Part shown: positions 9,775-18,421 of the stretch, one piece after another
How positions within the stretch are numbered: position 1 is the first letter of the stretch
How the letters are laid out: the number at the start of each line of letters is the position of its first letter
Assembly: GCA_023150775.1 (NCBI GenBank)
Contig: JAKLKE010000002.1
Location: 24,265 to 88,264, forward strand
From: Myxococcota bacterium
GTDB lineage: Bacteria > Myxococcota_A > UBA796 > CAJQPC01
Reading direction: 5' to 3'
DNA: 64,000 nt
The notes under the pieces: generated by a model
What the model was told of the DNA's origin: nothing
The model's database searches: none
The model's input: the letters and a program-made list of their open reading frames with translations, nothing else
Made by a program: the position numbers and the translations under genes

Positions 9775-11655
9775 ATGACGGCGCCTCAAGTTCTCTCTCC
9801 AAACCCAGCTCCGCCGCCGAGCCTGGGCGCGGGTCTGCGGGAGGGCCTGCGCGTCGGGCTCGCCGTCGGCGTCGGCCAGACCCTCGGCGCCACCCTCGTG
9901 GCGTTCTTGGCCTTGGGGCGCCTCTGGGGGCAGAGCAACCTGCAGAAGAGCCTTCTGCCTTCGGGCCTCGTCGCCTGGACTCTGCTGGCCTCGGCCCTGG
10001 GCGGGCTGATCTTGGGCGGCCTGATCTTGGGCGGGCTCCTGGGTGAACGCGCCGCGCGCCGCCCCAGCCTCGTGTTGCTCGGCCTGGGCCTCAGCTACGG
10101 CGCCGTGGCCGCGCTGGGGACGACCTTCATCCTGGTTCAGCTCAGCGTGGTGTTTTTGGGCCTGCTCTTCGCCGCCCTGCTCTTGGCCTTGGGCCGCCGC
10201 GCGCCTCGGCTCACCGCCGCCCTCGCCGCCGCGCCCATCGCCGCCTTGTTGATCCCCAGGCCCATCCCCATCGCGCCCCTCATCGCCGACGCCCCGGCCT
10301 CCCCCGCGCCGAACGTCCTGTGGGTGGTCCTCGACACCGTGCGGGCCGACCACACCGGCCCCGGCGGCTACGGCCGCGCCACCACGCCCCGGCTCAGCGC
10401 CTTGGCCGCCGAGGGCGTGACCTTTGAGCGCGCCTACAGCACGGCGTCCTGGACCTTGCCCGCCCACGCCTCGATGTTCACCGGGCGCTCGCCCACACGC
10501 CACGGCTGCCACGATCAGACCTTGCGCCTCGGCGAGGCTTTGCCCACCGTCGCCGAGCGGCTGAGCGAGGCGGGCTACATGACCGCCCTGCTGTCGTCGA
10601 ACCCTTGGGTCAGCGCCGACACCGGCCTTGGCCGAGGCTTTGGCCACATCCTCGACGCCTGGCGCTGGCCGCTCAGCGCGTCGTTTTTGCCCGTCTCGGC
10701 CTTGCTGCGGCCCTGGCGCGGCGAAGACAAAGGCGCCCACCTCATCGCCCCCGCCGCCCGGCGCTGGCTGGATCAGCGCCCGGAAGATCGCCCCTTCTTT
10801 CTGGTCGTGAACCTGATGGAGGCCCACGACCCCTACCACGAGCTCGCCACCGAACATCTCTGGCGCTTCACCGACAACTCTGACGCCGTGCGCAGCTCCC
10901 GGGAGTACAGCCGCGAGGTCAAGGCCCCCGGCGTCTTGCCCAGCCCCAGCCCCGAGCAAGGCCGGGATCTGGTGGACCTCTACGACGCCGGGATCTTCGC
11001 CGACGACGCCACCCTGGGCGCGCTCCTCGACGAGCTCGCCGCCCGGGGCCTCTTGGAGAGCACGCTGGTGATCGTCACCGCCGACCACGGCGAGTCTCTG
11101 GGAGACGCCGGGCGCTGGGGGCACCACCTCACCCCCGACGAGGAGGTGCTGCGTGTGCCTCTGGTGATGCGCCTGCCGAGCGCGCTCCCCGCCGGGGCCC
11201 GGGTAGACGCGCCGGTGTCCCTCGTCGATCTCACGCCGACCGTCCTCGATCTGCTCCCCGAGGGCCTCATCGCCCCCATGGACGGCCTCGACGGCCGCTC
11301 GGTCTTGCCGCTCTTGGCCTCGGGGGCGCCTTGGCCGGTCTTCGCCGAGGTCCTCCCGCCCGACGCGACCCACGCCCGGGGCCGCCTCACCCTGATGGGC
11401 TACGACCCCGACACCTTCCGCTGGCAGGTAGTCATTCACGACGGCGACCGCCTCACCCGAGGGCCAAACGGGGACGTGCTGGAGCGTGTCGGCGCGCCAG
11501 ACGAGGCGCAGCGCCTCGATGAGGCCGCCCGGGCGGCGCAGCTCGGCGCCTTGCTCGACGCCCAGGCCACCCAAGCGGCAGCGCCCACCGGCCCCGCCGC
11601 GCCCCTCGACCCGGCCACGCGGGCGCGCCTGCGGGCCTTGGGCTACACCGACTGA
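9775..11655 (+). CDS. Membrane-anchored sulfatase-superfamily (alkaline-phosphatase fold) hydrolase/transferase, LtaS/EptA-like architecture
   Basis: N-terminal TM segments, then 'VLWVVLDTVRADHTGPGGYGRATTPRLSALAAEGVTFERAYSTASWTLPAHASMFTGRSPTRHG' and 'IVTADHGESLGD'. The position of the sulfatase Cys/Ser nucleophile is Thr ('WTLPAH'). The track start at 9715 overlaps the divergent gene, so I prefer the in-frame ATG at 9775. Confidence 0.85.
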   Translation: MTAPQVLSPNPAPPPSLGAGLREGLRVGLAVGVGQTLGATLVAFLALGRLWGQSNLQKSLLPSGLVAWTLLASALGGLILGGLILGGLLGERAARRPSLVLLGLGLSYGAVAALGTTFILVQLSVVFLGLLFAALLLALGRRAPRLTAALAAAPIAALLIPRPIPIAPLIADAPASPAPNVLWVVLDTVRADHTGPGGYGRATTPRLSALAAEGVTFERAYSTASWTLPAHASMFTGRSPTRHGCHDQTLRLGEALPTVAERLSEAGYMTALLSSNPWVSADTGLGRGFGHILDAWRWPLSASFLPVSALLRPWRGEDKGAHLIAPAARRWLDQRPEDRPFFLVVNLMEAHDPYHELATEHLWRFTDNSDAVRSSREYSREVKAPGVLPSPSPEQGRDLVDLYDAGIFADDATLGALLDELAARGLLESTLVIVTADHGESLGDAGRWGHHLTPDEEVLRVPLVMRLPSALPAGARVDAPVSLVDLTPTVLDLLPEGLIAPMDGLDGRSVLPLLASGAPWPVFAEVLPPDATHARGRLTLMGYDPDTFRWQVVIHDGDRLTRGPNGDVLERVGAPDEAQRLDEAARAAQLGALLDAQATQAAAPTGPAAPLDPATRARLRALGYTD

Positions 11656-11865
11656 GGGATCAACCCAGCTCATCAGGAGGGCTGGCCGGTCAGGAGGGCG
11701 AAGAAGGCGCCCCCTGGCGGCGCGGCGAGGGGATGGAGCATGGTCGTCCTCGATCTTGGGTCGCTCACCTCATCGTGAGCAGCCTCAAAAAACCACAGGA
11801 CCACGCCCACATCTACGCCGTCTATCGGGCGATTCTGCCGCTTGCCCGCCCGATGTGAGGCTCCC

Positions 11866-12348
11866 TCAGCCCAGCTTCGCCCGCCGGGGGTCTTGGGGCC
11901 CATCGACGATCTGCACCGCGACGCCGTGGGCCTTGAGGTAGTCCACGCCGTTCTCGCCGAGGTAGCCCCCGCCGACGACGAGCACCCGGGTGATGCCCGC
12001 GTGGTGCAGGAGCTTCGCGCACAAGACGCAGGGCTCGCCGGTTACGATGAGCCAGGCGCCGCGGGTGGTGACCCCGTTCGCCGCGGCGTTGCAGATGACG
12101 TTCATCTCCGCGTGGTGGCAGCCGAGCTCCATGCGGGTGCCCGAGGGGATGTTCAGGTCGTCGCGGAGGCAGCGGTCGCCGCCGCAGAGCTGACCGCCGC
12201 CGCGGGGGCCGCCGTTGTAGCCGTCCATGAGCACGACGTTTCGTTCAGGATCGAGGAGCAAGGCGCCGAAGCTGCGGCGGGTGCAGGCGCTCGCTTTGGC
12301 CAGGGCCAGGCACTGCTCGACGCGGATGTTGATGTGTTTCTCTTTCAT
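11866..12348 (-). CDS. dCMP / cytidine-deoxycytidylate deaminase family protein
   Basis: Zinc motifs 'CHHAEMNVI' (HAE) and 'PCVLCAKLL' (PCxxC). 160 aa. Confidence 0.9.
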   Translation of the reverse strand: MKEKHINIRVEQCLALAKASACTRRSFGALLLDPERNVVLMDGYNGGPRGGGQLCGGDRCLRDDLNIPSGTRMELGCHHAEMNVICNAAANGVTTRGAWLIVTGEPCVLCAKLLHHAGITRVLVVGGGYLGENGVDYLKAHGVAVQIVDGPQDPRRAKLG

Positions 12349-12611
12349 GGCCGCGCCTTATCGTGTCCGCGCCCGGCCCGCCCCGCGACGCCCCACGCCG
12401 CGCGCCGAGGCCCCAAGATCCCGTCACCCAAAGATGACTCTGCTTTTGTTCGTGATTTCAGCGTCTTGTGGATTGCGTCAACCCAGCCTTTGATCTGCGG
12501 GCCACCAGTCGTCACGAAAGTTGTTACTTTGCGCGTATGACCCCCCTCCCAACGTCCCCTGACACCGCGTCCCTTGACGCTGTCGTCATTTCTTGACGGA
12601 GGCGCGCAAGA

Positions 12612-13727
12612 ATGCGCTATTCACCTTGTTTTGGTGTCGAGTTAGGCGTCTCCACGACGGCGATCGGGCATGTCCGGAACGGCGTCCCTGAGCTGATTCA
12701 GATCGACGAAGAGGAGCTCGTGCCCTCGGCGATCTGCCTCACCCCCGATGAAGACGTGTACCTCGGTCACGCGGCCTTGGCCCAGGTGGGCACGGCCCTG
12801 GAGCACACCGTCTTGGGGCCCTGTCGCCGCCTGGGCGCGGGTCGTGGGTTCGCGCTTGGCCAGCGTGAGGTGAGCGCCGAGCAGCTCTGCGCGCTCCAGC
12901 TCATGCACCTCCTCGACGGCGCCGCGGCGGCCTGTGGTCGTCGCCCCGAGCGTGTGGTCATCGCCATCCCCAGCCACCTCGGCGACGTCGGGCGGCGCGC
13001 GGTGATCCGGGCCGCGGCCATGGCGAAGGTCGAGGCCGTCGAGATCCTCGACATGGCCACCGCCGTCGCGCTCTCTCTGGGCCGCGACCGCTGGCGTCAC
13101 ATGCTCGTCGTCGAGCTCGGCGTCGGTGAGGTCGGCGTGAGCGCCCTCGTTCGTGAGGGCCCCGATCTCCACCCCTTGGCCACCTGGGGCGCCGATCAGC
13201 TCCACGACGAGCCCATGGAGGCCCGCTGGGCCGCCCAGCTCACCGACGCCTTGGCCCGGTCTCGCCCGGCCCTGCACAAGACGCTGCTCGCCGACCGCCG
13301 CGACCGCGTGCGCCTCGCCGTGGAGATGGCCCGGGTTCAGCTCGTCGACTCCGCCCAGGTCTCGTTCTCCTTGCCGCTGATGGTCGAGGGGGAGCACGGC
13401 GGCGAGCGCCTCGACCTTCGCCTGCGCCAAGACGACCTCCACGAGCTCCTGCACCCCGTGCTCAGCCGCGCCTGCGAGGGCATCGACGGCGTGCTCCGCC
13501 AGGCGAACCTCCGCGTTGAGCAGCTCGACGGCATCGTGCTCGTCGGCAACCTCGCCCTGCTCCCGCAGGTGCGCACCTCACTTCGTGCGTCTTTTGGCCT
13601 CGAGGGTCGGCATGTCGTCGCGCCCCAGCGAGCCGCCGCCCTCGGGGCCACAATTCGCGCAGCCGTCGCCGACCTCGGCTTAGAGCTCTTCCGCCGCCCC
13701 CTGCCCTACGCCCGCGCCCAGCTCTGA
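12612..13727 (+). CDS. Hsp70-family protein consisting of the nucleotide-binding domain only, with divergent phosphate-binding loops
   Basis: Colinear with the DnaK NBD: 'FGVELGVSTTAIG' (versus IGIDLGTTNS), 'VVIAIPSHLGDVGRRAVIRAA' (versus [21 protein letters not shown]), 'VVELGVGEVGVSAL' (versus DLGGGTFDVS), 'IVLVGNLALLPQV' (versus VLVGGSTRIP). The 371-aa protein has no substrate-binding domain. Confidence 0.8.
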   Translation: MRYSPCFGVELGVSTTAIGHVRNGVPELIQIDEEELVPSAICLTPDEDVYLGHAALAQVGTALEHTVLGPCRRLGAGRGFALGQREVSAEQLCALQLMHLLDGAAAACGRRPERVVIAIPSHLGDVGRRAVIRAAAMAKVEAVEILDMATAVALSLGRDRWRHMLVVELGVGEVGVSALVREGPDLHPLATWGADQLHDEPMEARWAAQLTDALARSRPALHKTLLADRRDRVRLAVEMARVQLVDSAQVSFSLPLMVEGEHGGERLDLRLRQDDLHELLHPVLSRACEGIDGVLRQANLRVEQLDGIVLVGNLALLPQVRTSLRASFGLEGRHVVAPQRAAALGATIRAAVADLGLELFRRPLPYARAQL

Positions 13728-13876
13728 GAGGCGACGCGGGCGGGCAGCGGGGGAGCGAGCGTCAAACATCCTTGGCGCCAAGCGGCGCGTGCGCCAGGGG
13801 GGCGGCTCGAATAGGCTCGGCGCTCGTGGCGTCGTCGGCGCGGTCCCGCTCCCCCGCCTCGCTCTGGAGGATCCCC

Positions 13877-14743
13877 ATGATGACGATGAGCCTGCTCCTT
13901 CTCGCGCTCTCCCCCGCCGCCTCCGCCGCTGAGCCCGCCGCGTTTGAGCCGCTCCCCACCTTAGATCGGTGGGTTTTGAGCGAAGGGGTCGCCGCCAACA
14001 AGACCGCGAACAACAAGAAGGGCGGCAAAAAGACCGGCGGAGGCAAAAACAACAGCGGCATCGACGTGCCCCCGGGTCCGCAGATCCCCGGCTGGCGCAC
14101 GGAGTACTACATCCAGCCCGGCGCCGGGGTTCGGCTCTACCAGAACGGCGCTGGCGAGACGAAGACCTTGGCCACCTTCGGCGGTGAGGCCGGGCTCAGC
14201 TACCGCCAGAAGGGCAAAGACCTGCCCAAGATGGTCGGCCGCACCCGCCTGAGCGGCGAGGTGATGGCCACGGGAGACCTCGACAAGGGCCTCGATGTGC
14301 GCGCGGGCAGCTTCATCGGCCCCCAGTGGAAGAGCCTCGGCGTGCAGGCGGGCCCCGACCTCTTCTACAACCAGTGGACCTTTGGCTCCCAGGTGCTCGA
14401 CCCGTCCATCGGCGTCGAGATCCCCGTCACGGCGACCTTGAGCGGCGAGAAGCTCACGGCCTTCGCCGGCGTCTCCCCGGCCTACCTGATGAACGAGGAC
14501 CGCCGGGTGGACTGGGACAAAGAGACCCTCCCCGGCTTCGGCCACGAGTTCACCTACATGGGCGGCCTCACCGGGCGCTTCAACGGCCTCAAGCTCAGCG
14601 CCCAAGTGCAGTACCGCATCACCGCCGCCGGGCCGATCCCCAGCTTCTCGGTGAACGCCGGGGCCAACAGCGAAGGGATTCAGCAGATCCTGGAGATCTT
14701 CGGCGTTGGTGGCGGATCTTCGAGCGGTGGCACCCGGCGCTGA
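13877..14743 (+). CDS. Secreted protein of unknown function (possible outer-membrane beta-strand-rich protein)
   Basis: Signal peptide 'MMTMSLLLLALSPAASAAEP' from the in-frame ATG at 13877. The body shows alternating-residue, strand-like segments and Gly/Tyr-rich turns. No motif recognised. Confidence 0.6.
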   Translation: MMTMSLLLLALSPAASAAEPAAFEPLPTLDRWVLSEGVAANKTANNKKGGKKTGGGKNNSGIDVPPGPQIPGWRTEYYIQPGAGVRLYQNGAGETKTLATFGGEAGLSYRQKGKDLPKMVGRTRLSGEVMATGDLDKGLDVRAGSFIGPQWKSLGVQAGPDLFYNQWTFGSQVLDPSIGVEIPVTATLSGEKLTAFAGVSPAYLMNEDRRVDWDKETLPGFGHEFTYMGGLTGRFNGLKLSAQVQYRITAAGPIPSFSVNAGANSEGIQQILEIFGVGGGSSSGGTRR

Positions 14744-14760
14744 ACATTCTTGACCCAAAG

Positions 14761-14792
14761 TTTATGACCGGTCATTGTTGACTGGTCATAAA
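14761..14792. promoter_or_regulatory. Imperfect palindrome, candidate TetR operator
   Basis: TTTATGACCGGTCA-TTGT-TGACTGGTCATAAA forms 14-nt arms with one mismatch. It is an AT-rich island 38 bp upstream of the TetR gene start (14830). Confidence 0.6.
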
Positions 14793-14829
14793 TATCGAGT
14801 CATACTCACGGTGTTCCCCAGGAGCGCCG

Positions 14830-15489
14830 ATGAGCCCACGCCGCCGTGATGACGCTGACCACCCCCCCGACGAGGGGCGCCGCGCCCGGCTGCTGCGCGC
14901 CACGACGGACCAGCTCCGGGCCGTGGGCGCCCGCCGCCTCTCCATCGAGGACGTCGCCGCTGAGGCCGGGGTCTCCAAAGGCGCGGTGTACCTGGAGTTC
15001 CCCAGCAAGACGGCGCTGATCGAGGCGGCCCTCGCCGCGCTCTTGCTCGACGCTGGGGCTCGGTACGCCGAACGAATGGCGCTCGTGACCTCCCCCCGGG
15101 ATCGCCTCGTCGACACCCTGCGGTTTGTATGGGAAGAGGCCGAGCGAGAGCCGATCTTCGAGACGCTCCTGCGTGAAGAGCACGAGGAGGGCACCCTGCG
15201 AGCGATGGCCACGGGGCGTGAGGCCCAGGCCGACGCCGAGATCGAGGGGCTGCGGGCCTTGGCTCGGGCGGGCATCGACGCGGGAGAGCTGCGCGCCGAT
15301 CTCGACGTCGAGGCCCTGCCCTTCGTGATCTCGCTGATGCGCTCTCTGTTTTTGGGGGTCGAGCACGCCACCGGAGGCCGCATGAGCCGCGGCCGCGTGC
15401 TCGACGCCGCGCTGACGATCTTCGCCGCCGGAATCTCCGCCCTGCCCACCCCCGCTGAGCCCCCTGACACGTCCCAACAACGAGGCTGA
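14830..15489 (+). CDS. TetR/AcrR family transcriptional regulator
   Basis: N-terminal HTH 'LSIEDVAAEAGVSKGAVYLEFPSKTALIEAA'. It lies immediately upstream of the ABC genes. Confidence 0.9.
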   Translation: MSPRRRDDADHPPDEGRRARLLRATTDQLRAVGARRLSIEDVAAEAGVSKGAVYLEFPSKTALIEAALAALLLDAGARYAERMALVTSPRDRLVDTLRFVWEEAEREPIFETLLREEHEEGTLRAMATGREAQADAEIEGLRALARAGIDAGELRADLDVEALPFVISLMRSLFLGVEHATGGRMSRGRVLDAALTIFAAGISALPTPAEPPDTSQQRG

Positions 15490-15492
15490 GCC

Positions 15493-16230
15493 ATGACGCC
15501 GATCCTGTCCATCGAGGGCCTGAGCAAACATTACGGCCCGGTGATCGCGCTTGACGACGTGAGCTTCTCGGTGAACCCCGGCGAGATCTTCGGGTTTATG
15601 GGGCACAACGGCGCGGGCAAAACGACGGCCCTGCGGGTGCTGCTCGGCCTCACGCCGCCCACGACGGGCCGGGTGACCGTGCTGGGTCTCGACCCCGCCC
15701 AAGACGCCTTGGAGGTACGATCCCAGGTGGGATTTTTGCCCGCGAGCTACGCCTTGCCCCGGGAGATGACCGCCCGGAGCTTTCTGTGTTACGTCGGCGC
15801 GATGTTCTCGATGCCCCGGGACCAGGCCGAGGCCCGGGCCGAGGCGCTGATCCATGAGCTGGGCCTCACGAGCTTCGCCGATCGCCGCCTGGGAGGGCTC
15901 TCGACGGGCATGTCCCAGAAGGTCGGCTTCGCCCAGGCCCTCGTGAACAACCCCAAGCTCTTGCTGCTCGATGAGCCCACCTCGGGCCTCGACCCCCTCG
16001 GCCGTCACGACCTCTTGGAGTCTCTGCGCGCGCTGGCCGAGACCCAAGGCACAACCACGATGTTCTCTAGCCACATCCTCTCCGACGTGCAGACCCTCTG
16101 CCGCCGGGTGGCCATCCTCCACAGAGGTCGTCTGGTCGCCTTCGGTGAGGCCGAGGCGCTCAAGGCCGAGCACGGCGCAAAAGACATGGACTCGCTCTAC
16201 CTCAGCCTGGCCCGCCGGGAGCAAGGATGA
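15493..16230 (+). CDS. ABC transporter ATP-binding protein (ABC-2 type exporter)
   Basis: Walker A 'GHNGAGKTT', signature 'LSTGMSQKV', Walker B 'LLLLDEPTSGLD'. Confidence 0.95.
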   Translation: MTPILSIEGLSKHYGPVIALDDVSFSVNPGEIFGFMGHNGAGKTTALRVLLGLTPPTTGRVTVLGLDPAQDALEVRSQVGFLPASYALPREMTARSFLCYVGAMFSMPRDQAEARAEALIHELGLTSFADRRLGGLSTGMSQKVGFAQALVNNPKLLLLDEPTSGLDPLGRHDLLESLRALAETQGTTTMFSSHILSDVQTLCRRVAILHRGRLVAFGEAEALKAEHGAKDMDSLYLSLARREQG

Positions 16231-17036
16231 GCGCCACCGTCTCAAACGCCGTTCCAAACCCCCTGCTGAGCCCGGCGCTGTGGCGGTTGGAGCTCGGCCG
16301 CCGCCTGCACGAGCGTAAGACCAAAGGTCTGGCCCTCCTCTACCTGGGCGCGCTCCTCGCCGCGCCGACGCTGTTGGAGAAGCCACCGCCGCACCTCCTC
16401 GCCGCCGTACAGACCTGGTTCGGCGGGGACGACCCCTTCGGTCTGTTCATGTACGTCTGGACCGACCTCGCGATGAACAAGCTCGCCGTGCTCACCGGGG
16501 TGGCCATGGGCGCCGGGGCCCTGGTCGAGGAGCGCGCCGACCGCTCGTTGATCCTCTTCATGACCAAGCCGGTCACCCCGGCGGGGCTCTACGTCCTGCG
16601 GGTGGGCTCGGCGGCGCTGGCGACGGCGGGTCTGTACCTCATCACCCAGCTCATCGGCCTGGCCTTGTTCTCGGCGCAGATCGACGGCTTTCGGCCCTTG
16701 GGGTTTCTGATCTCGGGGCTGGTGCACGTCTGGGCGCCGATCTTCGCCACCTGTTTGAGCGCCTTGTGCGCGGTCGCCATCGGGAGGCAGCTCGGCGCGG
16801 CCTTGGTGAGCGTGCTCGTGCTGTTCTCTCTGGTCGGCGGGGCGTTTCTGGGCGTGTACAACCCGGCCTGGGCCGACGTGCTGGCGTTTAACCCGTTCAC
16901 GCAGTCGGTCGCGGGGGTCACCCACCTTCAGAGTCAGTCGTTTGGGACGCTCATTCTCCCCGTGCTGGGGCTGATCGTGCTGAATCTTACGCTTCTCGCC
17001 GTCGGCGCGCGCCTCGCGCGGAGGATTGAGCCATGA
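16227..17036 (+). CDS. ABC-2 type transporter permease
   Basis: 4-nt start/stop overlap with the ATPase gene. The 269-aa protein has about 6 hydrophobic helices. Confidence 0.8.
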   Translation: MSATVSNAVPNPLLSPALWRLELGRRLHERKTKGLALLYLGALLAAPTLLEKPPPHLLAAVQTWFGGDDPFGLFMYVWTDLAMNKLAVLTGVAMGAGALVEERADRSLILFMTKPVTPAGLYVLRVGSAALATAGLYLITQLIGLALFSAQIDGFRPLGFLISGLVHVWAPIFATCLSALCAVAIGRQLGAALVSVLVLFSLVGGAFLGVYNPAWADVLAFNPFTQSVAGVTHLQSQSFGTLILPVLGLIVLNLTLLAVGARLARRIEP

Positions 17037-17809
17037 ACCCGATCCCCTGGACGTATGTTCGTGCGGAGCTAAGCCGCGAGCCCCTCGCCGCCTTGGGCCT
17101 CGGAGCGGGTCTGTTCGGCGCCATCTCCATCCTCGGCACCATCTGGGCGATCCCCCGGCTGCCTGAGGGGGTGCTCACGGTGCTGAGCCTCAGCTTGGCG
17201 GTGGAGGGTCTCCCGGCTCTGGTGCTGGTGAACACCCTGCTCGCGGTGTGGTTTGTGGCGTATTTTGTGGGCGCCGTGGTCGTGATCCGCGCCATCCCCG
17301 CGCCCCGGGCCGAGAACGGCCTCGACATCCTGCTCGTGAAGCCTGTCCCGCCCGCGGTGTTTGTGTGGAGCCGCATCTTGCCCGCCTTGGGCCTGTGTGT
17401 GGCCGTGGGCCTCGCGCTGAGCGTTACCCAGGTTGTTGGGATGGTGGGGCTGTTTGACGCCCAGCTCAGCGCCGCCGGGGCGCTCGGCGCGGGACTCACC
17501 GCCGTCGCCGTCGCCGTCGCCCAGCTCGGCGCGCTCACCGCGCTCACCGCCCGCACCACCGAGCTCGCCGGGGCCTTGGGCGTCGCCATCGCCGTGTTTA
17601 TGGCCCCGCTCACCCCGACGTCTGTGTTTATCTACCGCCCCGACCTCTTCCCCGCCGAGGGCGTCGGCCGCACCCTGCTCGTGGCGCCGACGAACCTCAT
17701 CGTGCACAGTCAGGTCATCGCCTGGGCCTGGCCCCTGGTGATGTTGGCCGGCCTGGGCTTGGCGGCCTTGGGTCTGGCCTGGGCGGCGCGGCGGGTGGTG
17801 GAGGGCTGA
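17033..17809 (+). CDS. Second ABC-2 type permease / membrane component
   Basis: 4-nt overlap with the preceding permease. Multi-TM protein of 258 aa. Confidence 0.75.
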   Translation: MNPIPWTYVRAELSREPLAALGLGAGLFGAISILGTIWAIPRLPEGVLTVLSLSLAVEGLPALVLVNTLLAVWFVAYFVGAVVVIRAIPAPRAENGLDILLVKPVPPAVFVWSRILPALGLCVAVGLALSVTQVVGMVGLFDAQLSAAGALGAGLTAVAVAVAQLGALTALTARTTELAGALGVAIAVFMAPLTPTSVFIYRPDLFPAEGVGRTLLVAPTNLIVHSQVIAWAWPLVMLAGLGLAALGLAWAARRVVEG

Positions 17810-17812
17810 GGC

Positions 17813-18421
17813 CTAAACCTCCGCCCACCGCGCGTCGGGCTCAGTGAGCCGCACCTCGACCTCATCCCCCGAGCCAACCGCCGTGAAGCTGCCCTCGGCG
17901 AGGCGGAGGCGTAAAGCCCCGCGCAGCAAGATCACCCGGGAGGTCGTCGCCGCCTCACAGTGGATAAACCGCACCTTCGCCCGGGGTGGGCGCAGGGTGA
18001 GGAGCAGCTCGGCGAAGCCCTCCAAGGCGGCGCGGGCGCGCTCGGGGGTGAGGCCGCGCAGTCGAAGCTCCACGGGGGGCGTGGCGCCGGGGGTGAGCAC
18101 GACCTCGGCGCCGTCGCCGAGCTTGGCGCCCATCACCGCGGCCCGGGCCTGGGCGAGCCAGTCGCCGCCTTCGCCGAGGCCTTCAGCCCGGGTGGGACGG
18201 GAGCGTAGGGCGGGCGGCGGGGCCTTCTGGGGCTTGGGCATCAGCCCCCAGGCGAGCAGGATGACGCCGACGCCGAGCAGGGTGGGGCCCACGGGCAGGC
18301 CCACTCGGGTCTCTAGCTCCACGGCGAACATCGCCGGCGTGCTGAGGCGATCGATCTGTGTGAGATAGAGCTGGGCCCCGCCGAGGAGCGCGAGGGTGAG
18401 GCCCCAAGAGATCGCCTTCAT
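17813..18421 (-). CDS. Membrane-anchored hypothetical protein
   Basis: Two N-terminal TM segments ('AISWGLTLALLGGAQLYL', 'LLGVGVILLAWGL') followed by a soluble domain. 4-nt overlap with the upstream gene at 18418. Confidence 0.65.
   Translation of the reverse strand: MKAISWGLTLALLGGAQLYLTQIDRLSTPAMFAVELETRVGLPVGPTLLGVGVILLAWGLMPKPQKAPPPALRSRPTRAEGLGEGGDWLAQARAAVMGAKLGDGAEVVLTPGATPPVELRLRGLTPERARAALEGFAELLLTLRPPRAKVRFIHCEAATTSRVILLRGALRLRLAEGSFTAVGSGDEVEVRLTEPDARWAEV

Noticed and set aside
9718-11673. 651-aa minus-strand ORF spanning the whole sulfatase-like gene
   Set aside because: The translation is Gly/Arg/Ala/Pro/Glu low-complexity with no motifs. The plus-strand frame carries clear sulfatase-superfamily motifs. 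This is the typical antisense open frame of a high-GC genome.
14806-16386. 526-aa minus-strand ORF antisense to the TetR and ABC ATPase genes
   Set aside because: The plus strand has an unambiguous TetR HTH and Walker A/B/signature motifs. The minus translation is Gly/Arg/Glu-rich without motifs.
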